Shown here: positions 30,444 to 39,351 of the stretch, one piece after another
How positions within the stretch are numbered: the first letter of the stretch is position 1
How the letters are laid out: each line of letters begins with the position of its first letter
From: an uncultured bacterium
GTDB lineage: Bacteria; Oederibacteriota; JAAXVQ01; JAUVAV01
Reading direction: 5' to 3'
DNA length: 64,000 bases
NCBI GenBank assembly: GCA_963710755.1
Contig: CAVQBK010000002.1
Location: 32,001-96,000 of the forward strand
The notes under the pieces: generated by a model
The model's input: the letters and a program-made list of their open reading frames with translations, nothing else
Databases searched by the model: none
What the model was told of the DNA's origin: nothing
Translations under genes and position numbers: made by a program

Positions 30444-31217
30444 TCATTTTTTACTTGCGGCCATATGCTTAATGGTGTCCGTGGTGGTCACCGGCTTTTT
30501 TTTCGTCCTAACCCTGGCCCGGTATACGGCAGGGGTCATACGGGTAGCCCGTTTAAATAACCGAATAAAGGTCTCGAGATTTTGGTAACCCATTTCTTCC
30601 GCAATCTGACTTATGGTACGGCCGCTTTTTTCCAAAAGCTCTTTGGATTTGACTATCTTCCGTTGCAGCCGGTAGTCGGAAAAATCTATACCTGTTTGCT
30701 CTTTGAAAATACGGCTTAAATATTTTGGGCTGAGGCCCACGGTTTGGGCAGCGTCATTGAGGGTGATCTTTTTGTCCACATTCCGGTCGGCAAAACGTTT
30801 AATCCGTTCCACTTTACCCCGACGGTCTTCGTCCTGAATATCCACAGGGTTAAGATGTTTGTCCAACAAACGATCAATAACGAGTTTGGCCTGGGGTATT
30901 TGCAATGGTTTCTCCAGATAATCATCAGCCTTGCCCTTGAGGGCTTCGATGGCCACATCTTTGCTGCTAAACCCAGTGAAAATCACAATCGACAATTGAG
31001 GAAATTTGGATTTGAATTGATGCAACCACTGAGTACCGCGGCCGTCGGGAAGGTTAACATCGAGAATGATCAGATCTATTTCATTGGGTTTTTCCAACAG
31101 CTCCAGGGCTTTATGCCCGCTGCCCGCGGCGATCACCTTATAATCATCACAAAAGCTGTCGGAAAATTCCTCCCGAAAATCTTGGTCATCGTCTACCAAT
31201 AATATGGTGAAGGACAT
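30444..31217 (-). CDS. response regulator with an AraC-type HTH
   Basis: LLVDDD, ILDVNLPDG, YLEKP; LSPKYLSRIFKEQTG, GYQNLETFIRLFKR; probable start ATG 31217. Confidence 0.92.
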   Translation of the reverse strand: MSFTILLVDDDQDFREEFSDSFCDDYKVIAAGSGHKALELLEKPNEIDLIILDVNLPDGRGTQWLHQFKSKFPQLSIVIFTGFSSKDVAIEALKGKADDYLEKPLQIPQAKLVIDRLLDKHLNPVDIQDEDRRGKVERIKRFADRNVDKKITLNDAAQTVGLSPKYLSRIFKEQTGIDFSDYRLQRKIVKSKELLEKSGRTISQIAEEMGYQNLETFIRLFKRATRMTPAVYRARVRTKKKPVTTTDTIKHMAASKK

Positions 31218-31511
31218 GATTACCCCACCTTTACCTGTGATGGTGGCTGTCGCTGTTCCCCAAACAACGATGTCCATATGGCGTTGAAGGGAAGAAGTTG
31301 TGTATGGGCATATATCGTACCATGTGCTGCAGGCTTTGTCCATGGCAAGCGCTTTGCTCTGGGTGAGATTTCCCGCATGATCCTGACCAACTAGTACTTC
31401 AGGATTTCTAACCCGCATTCGCAAAATCTAATTAGGTTATCACAGAAAGGCCGTTACCCTGCCTTCGGGGGGGGTCTCCTGTTAAAGAAGGTGATTTTTC
31501 CGGATCGGAAG

Positions 31512-31540
31512 CTGACAAGGCAGGCTGATCGTTTTATAAT
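31512..31540 (+). promoter_or_regulatory. putative sigma70 promoter of the cupin gene
   Basis: CTGACA-17 bp-TATAAT, 45 bp before ATG 31585. Confidence 0.6.
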
Positions 31541-31584
31541 ACCAACGTTAACATCTGCATAATTAAGCCGGGAGGTGATCAGAG

Positions 31585-32088
31585 ATGAACAGCGCCCAAT
31601 ATTGGATTGACCAGTTGCGGTTGGAACCACACCCTGAAGGCGGATTCTATCGGGAAACCTACCGGTCTGATGAACACATTCCTGCCACTGCCCTGCCCGA
31701 CCGTTATCCCAACAGCCGGGCTTTTGCCACGGCCATTTATTTTTTACTCACGGCCGAACAACCTTCCTGCTTTCATGCCCTGCTTTCCGATGAATTATGG
31801 TTTTTTCACAGCGGCAATGCGGTGACCTTGCACAGCCTCAGTGATGAAGCTGGCTACAAAACCATTTTGCTCGGTCCGGAACCTTCACCTCATCAGCAGT
31901 TTTCTGCGCTCATGCGCGCCGGCACGTGGTTCGGCGCCACGGTGGATCATCCCGGCAGTTTTGCCTTGCTCAGTTGTGTGGTAACGCCGGGCTTTGATTT
32001 TAATGATTTCACCTTGGCCAGCCGTGCGCAGTTGCTCAAGGAATTTCCGGTCCATGGGGCCATCATTGAGGCACTGACTAAAAGTTGA
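31585..32088 (+). CDS. cupin, DUF985 family
   Basis: LEPHPEGGFYRETY, TAIYFLL, DELWFFHSG, CVVTPGFDFNDF. Confidence 0.93.
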   Translation: MNSAQYWIDQLRLEPHPEGGFYRETYRSDEHIPATALPDRYPNSRAFATAIYFLLTAEQPSCFHALLSDELWFFHSGNAVTLHSLSDEAGYKTILLGPEPSPHQQFSALMRAGTWFGATVDHPGSFALLSCVVTPGFDFNDFTLASRAQLLKEFPVHGAIIEALTKS

Positions 32089-32217
32089 GCCCTGCTCTGG
32101 AACGCCACCATAAAATTAACTTGCCTTGCCGCCAACCACGGTGCTTTTGCTTGGTGAAGGTTTTTTCTGTTAATTCCGGTAAGGTACAACTATTTGGGCG
32201 CGGTGGGCCCGAGCCAG

Positions 32218-32706
32218 TTACATCGCTAAAAATTGTTTAACTTGACGTAGGGCCTGTTTGCGGTAGGGTTTCAGGGGACTATAAGGACACAATTCGATTT
32301 TTTCATGATTGGCCAGTAGCACGTAGAGATTGTAACTTTTCCGGCGAATACCCTGCCAGCGATCAAAGACAGCAGGCAGCGCCGCCATGCTCACCATGAC
32401 AATTTGGTTCAAACTCGCTTCCCGGCACTGCACCGGACCAAAAGGACCCTGGTAACGCCAAAGTCGTAACTGATTGGACTTTTTATTGAATTCCACCCGA
32501 TCCGGCCTGCCGCCCAACCAAGTCCCCAAAAGACCGGCTACCAGAAAAAAAAAATATAACACACCATGAGCCAGAGGCTCATCGCTTAGCAATACGGCCA
32601 CCGTGCCCAGGGCACCCAACATGGTCAGAATAAACACAGACATCCGGAATAGACTGCGTGGTTCCTCCAAAATCAGAATCTGGTCACTCATGTTCTTCAA
32701 GGTCAT
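32218..32706 (-). CDS. hypothetical 2-TM membrane protein
   Basis: Two hydrophobic helices followed by a soluble domain; start uncertain. Confidence 0.6.
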   Translation of the reverse strand: MTLKNMSDQILILEEPRSLFRMSVFILTMLGALGTVAVLLSDEPLAHGVLYFFFLVAGLLGTWLGGRPDRVEFNKKSNQLRLWRYQGPFGPVQCREASLNQIVMVSMAALPAVFDRWQGIRRKSYNLYVLLANHEKIELCPYSPLKPYRKQALRQVKQFLAM

Positions 32707-33003
32707 TGCTTTACTCTCTGTTCCCAATCGCGCCGGGATTTTTCTTGCTTTTATTACCGGCATAAACAGGTTTTTTATAAACCCTTGAAGCACAGAGCTA
32801 TTGGCGATCGCGGCCCAAAACCATTGTTTAGCATGGAAAGATCAAGACCTAAAGGACTGACCATTGACCTTAGCCGGCACATACAAGTAGTTGAGACCAA
32901 GCGAATGGCCAATAGGAATGATTAAAATACCCTGCCATGAATTGCGGGATTAATTGGGAATGGATTAAGCGGGTGCAAACCAAAGGGGGGGGTCTTCCCT
33001 GAT

Positions 33004-33447
33004 TCAGGGTTTGGTGGAGAGCTTGGCGTTGATAAAATCCTTATGGTCGATCCACATTAGGCCTGCAATTTTGCGGATGGCTTCCAGCTCTTGATGGGAA
33101 AGTTCATGATCCGCCCAAGCCAAGGCAAACAAATCCTGGATTATTTTTACCCGTTCCGAATAGTCGCAGGTTTGATTGATCTCGCGAGTAAAACTTTCCC
33201 AATCCAGTCCTTCACTCAAGACCTGGCGTACACTTTTAAATATTTCATCCTGTTCTTCTTTGGTTTTATAACCGCGCCGTTGCAGAATAGCACGCTTGGC
33301 GTCTTCCTCAGCCGGCGTGACCTTGCCATCGGCCTTGGCCACGATGGACAGCAGGGCTCCCAGCACGAGTCGCGCTGTTAAGTCCGGTGTGGGCGTGGTC
33401 TGGGGCTTGGCGGTAATCAGAGTTGACAATCGGTCCAAAATTCCCAT
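33004..33447 (-). CDS. TerB family protein
   Basis: VAKADGKVTPAEE and LAWADHELSHQE repeats. Confidence 0.88.
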   Translation of the reverse strand: MGILDRLSTLITAKPQTTPTPDLTARLVLGALLSIVAKADGKVTPAEEDAKRAILQRRGYKTKEEQDEIFKSVRQVLSEGLDWESFTREINQTCDYSERVKIIQDLFALAWADHELSHQELEAIRKIAGLMWIDHKDFINAKLSTKP

Positions 33448-33462
33448 GTTGTTATCCTTAAT

Positions 33463-34173
33463 TCATAGATTGCGCAGTCCCACCTTTTGGACATAGGGTT
33501 CCGCCAGAGCCTTGAACCGCTCCAAAACCTCTCGTGGATAAGGCGGCCGTTGGCCCAATTCAGAATCATCCAAATGGGTGGGCACAAATTGCTGCAGGTA
33601 ATAAGCCGGTGCTCCGGCAATAAGTTTGGCAATGGTTAAAATATCCTCTTCCCTAACCAGCCCGGGCACACAGGTGGTGCGGAATTCATGGGGAATGGAA
33701 CTGGCCTTTAGAAGCCCTATGGACGCCAATAGACGTTGTTCCGCATCCTTCAGGGTATTAAGTTCGGAGGCGTAGCGATGAGGCGCCATTTTCATATCCA
33801 CGGCCACATAATCCACCAATCCTTCACCCAACACAGCGGCCAGGATATTGGTGCGCAGCCCATTGGTATCCAACTTAATGGCCATGTCCATGAGACGTAA
33901 ATGCCTGAGCAGATGGGTCAACTGAGGGTGAAAAGTGGGCTCGCCGCCGGTCACCACCACCGCGTCAAGTAGTTTTTTCCTGCGATTCAAGGCTTCAATT
34001 AAATCTTCCAAGGATAAATCCTGCAGCCCCGACGGTTGTTCCAGCAGCAGGTGATTATGGCAGAAACTGCAGCGCATGTTGCAGCCCCCCAGAAAAATAA
34101 CCGCCGCTACTTTGCCGGGATAATCAATAAGAGAAGTGCCGATAAATCCTTTGATGCCCTGAATCTTGTTCAT
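33463..34173 (-). CDS. nrdG: anaerobic RNR activating radical-SAM enzyme
   Basis: SLIDYPG, GCNMRCSFCHN (CxxxCxxC), TGGEPT, KLDTNG, EFRTT; in the nrdD operon. Confidence 0.93.
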   Translation of the reverse strand: MNKIQGIKGFIGTSLIDYPGKVAAVIFLGGCNMRCSFCHNHLLLEQPSGLQDLSLEDLIEALNRRKKLLDAVVVTGGEPTFHPQLTHLLRHLRLMDMAIKLDTNGLRTNILAAVLGEGLVDYVAVDMKMAPHRYASELNTLKDAEQRLLASIGLLKASSIPHEFRTTCVPGLVREEDILTIAKLIAGAPAYYLQQFVPTHLDDSELGQRPPYPREVLERFKALAEPYVQKVGLRNL

Positions 34174-34176
34174 GCC

Positions 34177-34314
34177 TTAATTTTCCTTTGCCACCACAAA
34201 TTCTTTGCGGTCTTTAAATTCTTCCCGTTTACCCTTATTCCATTGCTGAACAGGTCTGAAATAACCAACAACCCGTGAATAAACTTCGGTTTTTTCCATG
34301 CATTTTTTTGCCAT
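34177..34314 (-). CDS. 45-aa stand-alone NrdD glycyl-radical peptide
   Basis: Hand translation MAKKCMEKTEVYSRVVGYFRPVQQWNKGKREEFKDRKEFVVAKEN*; TAATG overlap with the nrdD stop; stop 3 bp before nrdG; below the ORF-track size cutoff. Confidence 0.92.
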   Translation of the reverse strand: MAKKCMEKTEVYSRVVGYFRPVQQWNKGKREEFKDRKEFVVAKEN

Positions 34315-36416
34315 TATACCATGACCCCCTTCTCCTGCTGATGATTTTTAATGGGCATCGATTCCACCACCACACCGGATTGTTCCTGGGAATGGTGGCG
34401 GCTCTCGCCGGATTCCTGGAAGGCTGCTTCTTCTTTATCGTAAGGACAAACGTGATGCTCCCCGGCAATATACCCATGGACCGGACAAATGGAGAAGGTA
34501 GGCGTTATAGTGAAATAAGGCAGATGATAGTTTTCCGCGATACGGCGTACCAAGGCCTTGCAGCTCTCCGGATCATCGATACTCTCCCCCAGAAAGATAT
34601 GCAGTACCGTGCCGCCCGTATATTTGGTTTGCAGGGGATCCTGATGTTCCAGGGCTTCAAAGACATCCTCTGTGGCGCCCACCGGCAACTGGGTGGAATT
34701 GGTGTAATAAGGCTCTTCCTGGCCGGAAGCAATGATATCCGGAAATTCCTGACGATCCAGACGGGCAAAACGATAAGAGGTGCCTTCCCCGGGGGTGGCT
34801 TCCAAGTTGAAAAAATCGCCTTCTTGCTCCTGATATTCCTGAATACGTTGACGCATGATGTTCAGGGTTTTTTCCGCCAAAGCCTTGCCCTCAGGGGACA
34901 TGATGTCCTTGCCCAGTAAATTCAGACCGGCTTCATGCATGCCGTTGAGCCCGATGGTGGAAAAATGATTGGCCCAATACCTTCCGGTACGCTGTTTGAC
35001 CGCAGAGAGATAATATTTGGAATAGGGATAAAGGTTGTTCTCCGTATAGCGTTCCAGAATCTTCCGCTTGATTTGCAAGCTTTCCTTGGCAATATCCATA
35101 AGGTTGAGCACACGGGTATGAAATTCCTCTTCCGTGGACGAAAGATAAGCAGCTCTGACCAGATTGATGGTTACCACACCCAAGCTTCCGGTTAAAGGAT
35201 TGGCGCCAAAGAGCCCGCCGCCCCGTTTACGCAATTCGCGGTTATCCAGTCTCAAGCGGCAGCACATAGACCGGGCGTCTTCTGGATCCATGTCACTGTT
35301 GATGAAGTTGGCAAAATAGGGAATACCGTATTTGGCGGTCATGCCCATTATTTCTTTCATAATAGGCGCTTCCCAGTTGAAATCAGCGGAGAGGTTGTAG
35401 GTAGGAATGGGGAAGGTGAAAATCCGGCCCTGGGCATCGCCCTTCATCATAACCTCGCAAAAAGCACGGTTAATCATGTCCATTTCCTTTTGGAAATCCC
35501 CGTAGGTGTCCTCTTGCATGTCGCCGCCAATAATGACGGGTTCATTTTTCATATTCTTGGGAACTTGTAAATCAAGGGTGATATTGGTAAAGGGCGTTTG
35601 GAAACCCACACGGGTGGGTACATTGACATTAAAAATGAATTCCTGCATGCTCTGGACCACATCATCGTAACTGAGACCGTCCTTGGCAACAAAAGGTGCC
35701 AAATAGGTATCAAAATTGGAAAAAGCCTGAGCGCCGGCAGCCTCACCCTGTAGGGTGAAAAAGAAATTACAAATCTGCCCCAGGACACTGCGGAAATGCT
35801 TGGGCGGTTTGCTCTCAGTTTTGCCGTAAGCGCCGCGCAGGCCTTTTAAAAGCAGGTCCCTCAGATCCCAACCGCAACAATAACCTGACAACGAACCTAA
35901 ATCATGAATATGAATATCACCATTGAGGTGGGCATTGCGGACTTTTTCCGAGTAGACTTCTTCCAGCCAATATTGGGAAACCAGAATGGCCGTAATGTGG
36001 TTGTTCATTCCCTGCAGGGAATAGCTCATGTTGGAATTTTCTTTGATACGCCAGTCATTTTTACCCAGATAATTGTCGATCAATTCGTTGGCTGAAGAAA
36101 AGAGCTCCTGGGTTTGACGCAGTTTGCTGTGCTGAGCCCGGTAAAGGATATAGGCCTTGGAGACATCCTGATAGCCTTCATCCATCAAGGTGGTTTCCAC
36201 GATATCCTGAACATTTTCAACCGTGGGAATATGGTCTTGCTTGTAAACCGCTTTTAGAATATTGCAGACCCGGCGCGTTACAGCTTGGGCCTGTTCCAGG
36301 CGATGCTTGCCCACGGCAGCCATGGCCCGGTAAACAGCATTAACTATCTTCTGTTCGTCAAAATGAACAAGCCGTCCGTCACGTTTTCTAATCTGAGTGA
36401 TATTCTGCTGCTGCAT
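34314..36416 (-). CDS. nrdD: class III ribonucleoside-triphosphate reductase catalytic subunit (ATP cone; lacks the C-terminal glycyl loop)
   Basis: IRKRDG ATP cone, HIHDL, GYCCGW, AGAQ, TFPIPT, RSMCCRL, EATPGEG, YTGGTV, TPTFSICPVHGY...CPYD. Confidence 0.95.
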   Translation of the reverse strand: MQQQNITQIRKRDGRLVHFDEQKIVNAVYRAMAAVGKHRLEQAQAVTRRVCNILKAVYKQDHIPTVENVQDIVETTLMDEGYQDVSKAYILYRAQHSKLRQTQELFSSANELIDNYLGKNDWRIKENSNMSYSLQGMNNHITAILVSQYWLEEVYSEKVRNAHLNGDIHIHDLGSLSGYCCGWDLRDLLLKGLRGAYGKTESKPPKHFRSVLGQICNFFFTLQGEAAGAQAFSNFDTYLAPFVAKDGLSYDDVVQSMQEFIFNVNVPTRVGFQTPFTNITLDLQVPKNMKNEPVIIGGDMQEDTYGDFQKEMDMINRAFCEVMMKGDAQGRIFTFPIPTYNLSADFNWEAPIMKEIMGMTAKYGIPYFANFINSDMDPEDARSMCCRLRLDNRELRKRGGGLFGANPLTGSLGVVTINLVRAAYLSSTEEEFHTRVLNLMDIAKESLQIKRKILERYTENNLYPYSKYYLSAVKQRTGRYWANHFSTIGLNGMHEAGLNLLGKDIMSPEGKALAEKTLNIMRQRIQEYQEQEGDFFNLEATPGEGTSYRFARLDRQEFPDIIASGQEEPYYTNSTQLPVGATEDVFEALEHQDPLQTKYTGGTVLHIFLGESIDDPESCKALVRRIAENYHLPYFTITPTFSICPVHGYIAGEHHVCPYDKEEAAFQESGESRHHSQEQSGVVVESMPIKNHQQEKGVMV

Positions 36417-36510
36417 CAAAAAACGCCCCCCCACCCTCAAATTGTAGCCTTTACAGTTGTTTTCATGCGATTGCTTTCGTTTTTTTAATTGCAGTTGGTA
36501 AAATAGGAAA

Positions 36511-36559
36511 TCACAATATATTGTGGAATCGCTCCGGCCTTCGCTACTATATATTTGAT
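36511..36559. promoter_or_regulatory. tandem NrdR boxes
   Basis: Perfect palindrome CACAATATATTGTG (36512-36525) and a second box TCAAATATATAGTA (minus strand, 36545-36558), 33 bp apart, upstream of nrdD. Confidence 0.85.
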
Positions 36560-36574
36560 ATTTTGGGTTGTCAA
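36546..36574 (-). promoter_or_regulatory. sigma70 promoter of the nrdD operon
   Basis: TTGACA (36574-36569)-17 bp-TATAGT (36551-36546); the -10 lies inside the second NrdR box. Confidence 0.8.
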
Positions 36575-36791
36575 CGAGTTTTTTAGCCTTATATTTTAAG
36601 GCTAATTCTTGACCCCCTGCAGGTAAGGCTTGTGGGCACAGGATTTTTTAAAGGTCCCTTGTATTATTTTAAAAAGACAACCGTGTAAAATAATTTGCCC
36701 TGGCCTTGTGAGTGTTTAGTTCCTGGCGTGGCAGCAGGTCCTTTTGATCTCAACAAAATATTCCACCTTCTATCACCCCAAAGCATCCCCC

Positions 36792-38213
36792 TTACTTGGG
36801 GGATGCTTTGGGGGTCCTCTTCTTCACACTTTTTTTAGTGGATTTTGACCTTGCAGTCTTGCTGGATTTTTTGGAGACTTTGGGGGTTACTTTTTTTCGG
36901 GCCGAACGTTTGGTGCTCACCTTTTTAGTGACTTTACCGGAACCAACGTTGGCGGTAGAGGCTGTCTTATCAAGCGTCGTTACTTTTTCCAGCGACCCTT
37001 GTTCCTGCTCTTTAACCGGCGGCATTGGCCGTTGCCCCAAAGACGGTTTACGGTCTTTTTGAAAAACAGTGTTCCCCGGCCGTTCAATAATCATGAGCCA
37101 TAGGGCGCCGCTTCCAAAAATCACCACCACCAAATTGATAAGGCTGTTTAGCAAGGGAATAAACCCAATCAAGGTTAATAAGGCCAGCCCAATGGCCATA
37201 CCCAGCATGAACTTGCCCGGTGTGCGATCACTGGCCTTAAAGATCTTCTGCCCCAACCATAAGGCAATACCCAGTTTGGAAAATACCAATAAGACCAGAT
37301 AAAAGAAGACGAGCACCAAAGCCAGCGGAATGCCGACAACCGTAATGAGAAGAATGATGGTTAAAACAGGCAACCCTAAAATTACAGCCAAGCCCCATCC
37401 CAAGGTGGGTAAAGGCTTGGTATTAATCAGATCGGTGTAGCGTTGACAGGCGCGCGGCCACAAGGCAATAACCAGGAGACCCACTGCCAGCAAGGCCAAA
37501 AACACGGTCAAGTTATAGACCAATGTAAATAGAAACCACCAATGACCAAGGTTAAAAAGCCAATTTTGAGAAGGCGCCGGTGGCAGGGATTTTTTCCAGG
37601 TGATAGTGCCTTTCACTTGTTGACTGAGCTTCGGCCCCAGCCGTTCGGGGGTACTGTAAGTTAAATGCCCGTAAATGCTGGCATTAGGTCCCAGGACCAG
37701 AGATTTGGTCTTGATGGTCACATCATTCATAAGGGTACCGTTCAAAATGATCTTTTCGCTGTTAATGGTAACCGGTCCCTGGATAACACCGTCAAGGATC
37801 GTGCTGCCGGCCAAAATAAAGGCATCACTGCCCACGGTGGCATCGCGGTGCAGCCTCAGTTCATTGCCGATAAACAGGAGGCTCCCAGAAACTTTAGCCG
37901 CCACCATGGCTTTGTTACCCATCAGGCGGAGATCATCGCCCACCTCACCCTTAATTTCTCCGTCGCTGACCAGCAGATTTAAATCCTGACCCACCACGCC
38001 CCAAAAAAAAGCGGTTCTGGCCACGGCCCATACATCCTGCAGGGCGCTGCCGTAAAAATTGATCAACTCTCCGGCCATGTACAAATCTTCGGTAATGATG
38101 TCTTGGCGTTCCACAATGATCTTTTCACCGTTTTTAAAGATCATGGCTCGATTGACCGCTGGCAGACACAGGCCAAAGACCAGCAATAACAGGATGGTCA
38201 TCGTTTTTTTCAT
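36792..38213 (-). CDS. membrane protein with bactofilin-like beta-helical repeats, about 5 TM helices and a K/S/R-rich tail
   Basis: Signal peptide; repeats EDLYMAG/QDVWAVA/DDLRLMG/SDAFILAG; TM block; KVTKKVSTKRSARKK tail. Confidence 0.75.
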   Translation of the reverse strand: MKKTMTILLLLVFGLCLPAVNRAMIFKNGEKIIVERQDIITEDLYMAGELINFYGSALQDVWAVARTAFFWGVVGQDLNLLVSDGEIKGEVGDDLRLMGNKAMVAAKVSGSLLFIGNELRLHRDATVGSDAFILAGSTILDGVIQGPVTINSEKIILNGTLMNDVTIKTKSLVLGPNASIYGHLTYSTPERLGPKLSQQVKGTITWKKSLPPAPSQNWLFNLGHWWFLFTLVYNLTVFLALLAVGLLVIALWPRACQRYTDLINTKPLPTLGWGLAVILGLPVLTIILLITVVGIPLALVLVFFYLVLLVFSKLGIALWLGQKIFKASDRTPGKFMLGMAIGLALLTLIGFIPLLNSLINLVVVIFGSGALWLMIIERPGNTVFQKDRKPSLGQRPMPPVKEQEQGSLEKVTTLDKTASTANVGSGKVTKKVSTKRSARKKVTPKVSKKSSKTARSKSTKKSVKKRTPKASPK

Positions 38214-38300
38214 GGTCACGCTCCTTGGGACCGACGTTGGCTTGCCGGGGCTGATTGCCCGGATGGCCACATTATTCCACAGGCCCCAGCGTTTATAAAT

Positions 38301-38337
38301 AAAAAAAATCCCTCCTGACCACTGGGATCAGGAGGGA
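38301..38337 (-). terminator. intrinsic terminator after the ABC operon
   Basis: 10-bp stem TCCCTCCTGA/TCAGGAGGGA followed by T8 on the minus strand, 20 bp past the stop at 38358. Confidence 0.85.
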
Positions 38338-38357
38338 GTCATGGTCCCCAGAGGAAA

Positions 38358-39332
38358 TCAGAGGGTAAATTCTTTTAAAGATTTAAGCAGGTTTTTCCCT
38401 TGGTAATCAGAAATTTCGTAAAGCACCTGGTCTGAGGGGCCTTTGACCAGATAGACTTGCCGTTTTTTGTCATAGGATAAAATGCTTAGCCGATATATCT
38501 GGCTGCTGGTTTTAACCGTAAGCTCGCCCAAGGGGCGTTTGGGCAGGTCTCTTTTTCCATCCATCAACGCCGAGGCGGAGAGGCGGGTAAACGTATTAAG
38601 AAATTGGTCAACTTTGGCTTGATTGAGGGGCTTTTTCACCCCGGCAGTTTTCCAAATCATCTTGGAAGGTAATGCCGGTGGGGTTACACCTTGAGCGCTG
38701 TCCTTGACAATGGTTGGGGCCACTTCCTCTTCTTTGGTCATCTTCAATTTTTTCCTGCCTCTTTGATCAATTTCAATGCTCTGGACTTCATCACGGGAGA
38801 AATCAAAAATCTTCAGGCTTCGCCAATCTTCGGGTTTGTAATTAAAATATTGGGTGAACGTCCCCAGGACCTGATAGACCGCCGGATTGCCCTTTAATTG
38901 GGCAAAGGTGTGGCTATGATCACTATTGGCCTCCCCCAGATAAAGTCCAGTGGTTTTACCTTTTTGATCGGTCAGTTGAAGGTACCGGGCTGCCGGAGTG
39001 TTGAGACCAAAATCCGCAGCCGCTTCGGAGGAATCGGAAATTTTGTCGGTAAGCCGCATATCTGCGATCGTGCGGGTCAGGGTGTTCATTTTGCCAGCAT
39101 CAGCTGCAAACGTAAAGGGAGCCACAATCATCCACTCCTGACCTTTTTTTTCAAAGGTCAACTGGCCCGAGGGTTGGTCCAGTTCTATTTTTTTAAGATC
39201 TTCCACAGCCGGAACGTTGAAGGCCGGCAGTTTAACGGTGTTGTAGCCACGTTGTCCGGTTTGGGTAAAGAGTACATAACCCAACAACAACACGAACAGC
39301 CCCGTCAGAATGTAAAGTCGTTTATTTTTCAC
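38358..39332 (-). CDS. DUF4340 domain protein
   Basis: N-terminal anchor, W...P...AD, ADFGL, WRSLKIF; follows a GldG-like gene. Confidence 0.82.
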   Translation of the reverse strand: MKNKRLYILTGLFVLLLGYVLFTQTGQRGYNTVKLPAFNVPAVEDLKKIELDQPSGQLTFEKKGQEWMIVAPFTFAADAGKMNTLTRTIADMRLTDKISDSSEAAADFGLNTPAARYLQLTDQKGKTTGLYLGEANSDHSHTFAQLKGNPAVYQVLGTFTQYFNYKPEDWRSLKIFDFSRDEVQSIEIDQRGRKKLKMTKEEEVAPTIVKDSAQGVTPPALPSKMIWKTAGVKKPLNQAKVDQFLNTFTRLSASALMDGKRDLPKRPLGELTVKTSSQIYRLSILSYDKKRQVYLVKGPSDQVLYEISDYQGKNLLKSLKEFTL

Positions 39333-39351
39333 TGTTGCACCTCCTAGTTAA

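Noticed and set aside
31343-31358. Second sigma54-like motif TGGCAAGCGCTTTGCT on the + strand
   Set aside because: Over 200 bp from the next + gene, which has its own sigma70 promoter, and no enhancer-like sites were seen; may be chance.
31218-31424. N-terminal extension of the AraC response regulator in the ORF track
   Set aside because: No domain-like sequence; the receiver begins at ATG 31217 after a G-rich RBS.
33004-33447. Tellurite-resistance or anti-phage ter cluster
   Set aside because: A single TerB-fold gene with no other ter genes.
34235-34919. ORFs 34275..34919 (+) and 34235..34477 (-)
   Set aside because: Antisense or alternate-frame shadows of nrdD with no motifs; the real small gene is 34177..34314.
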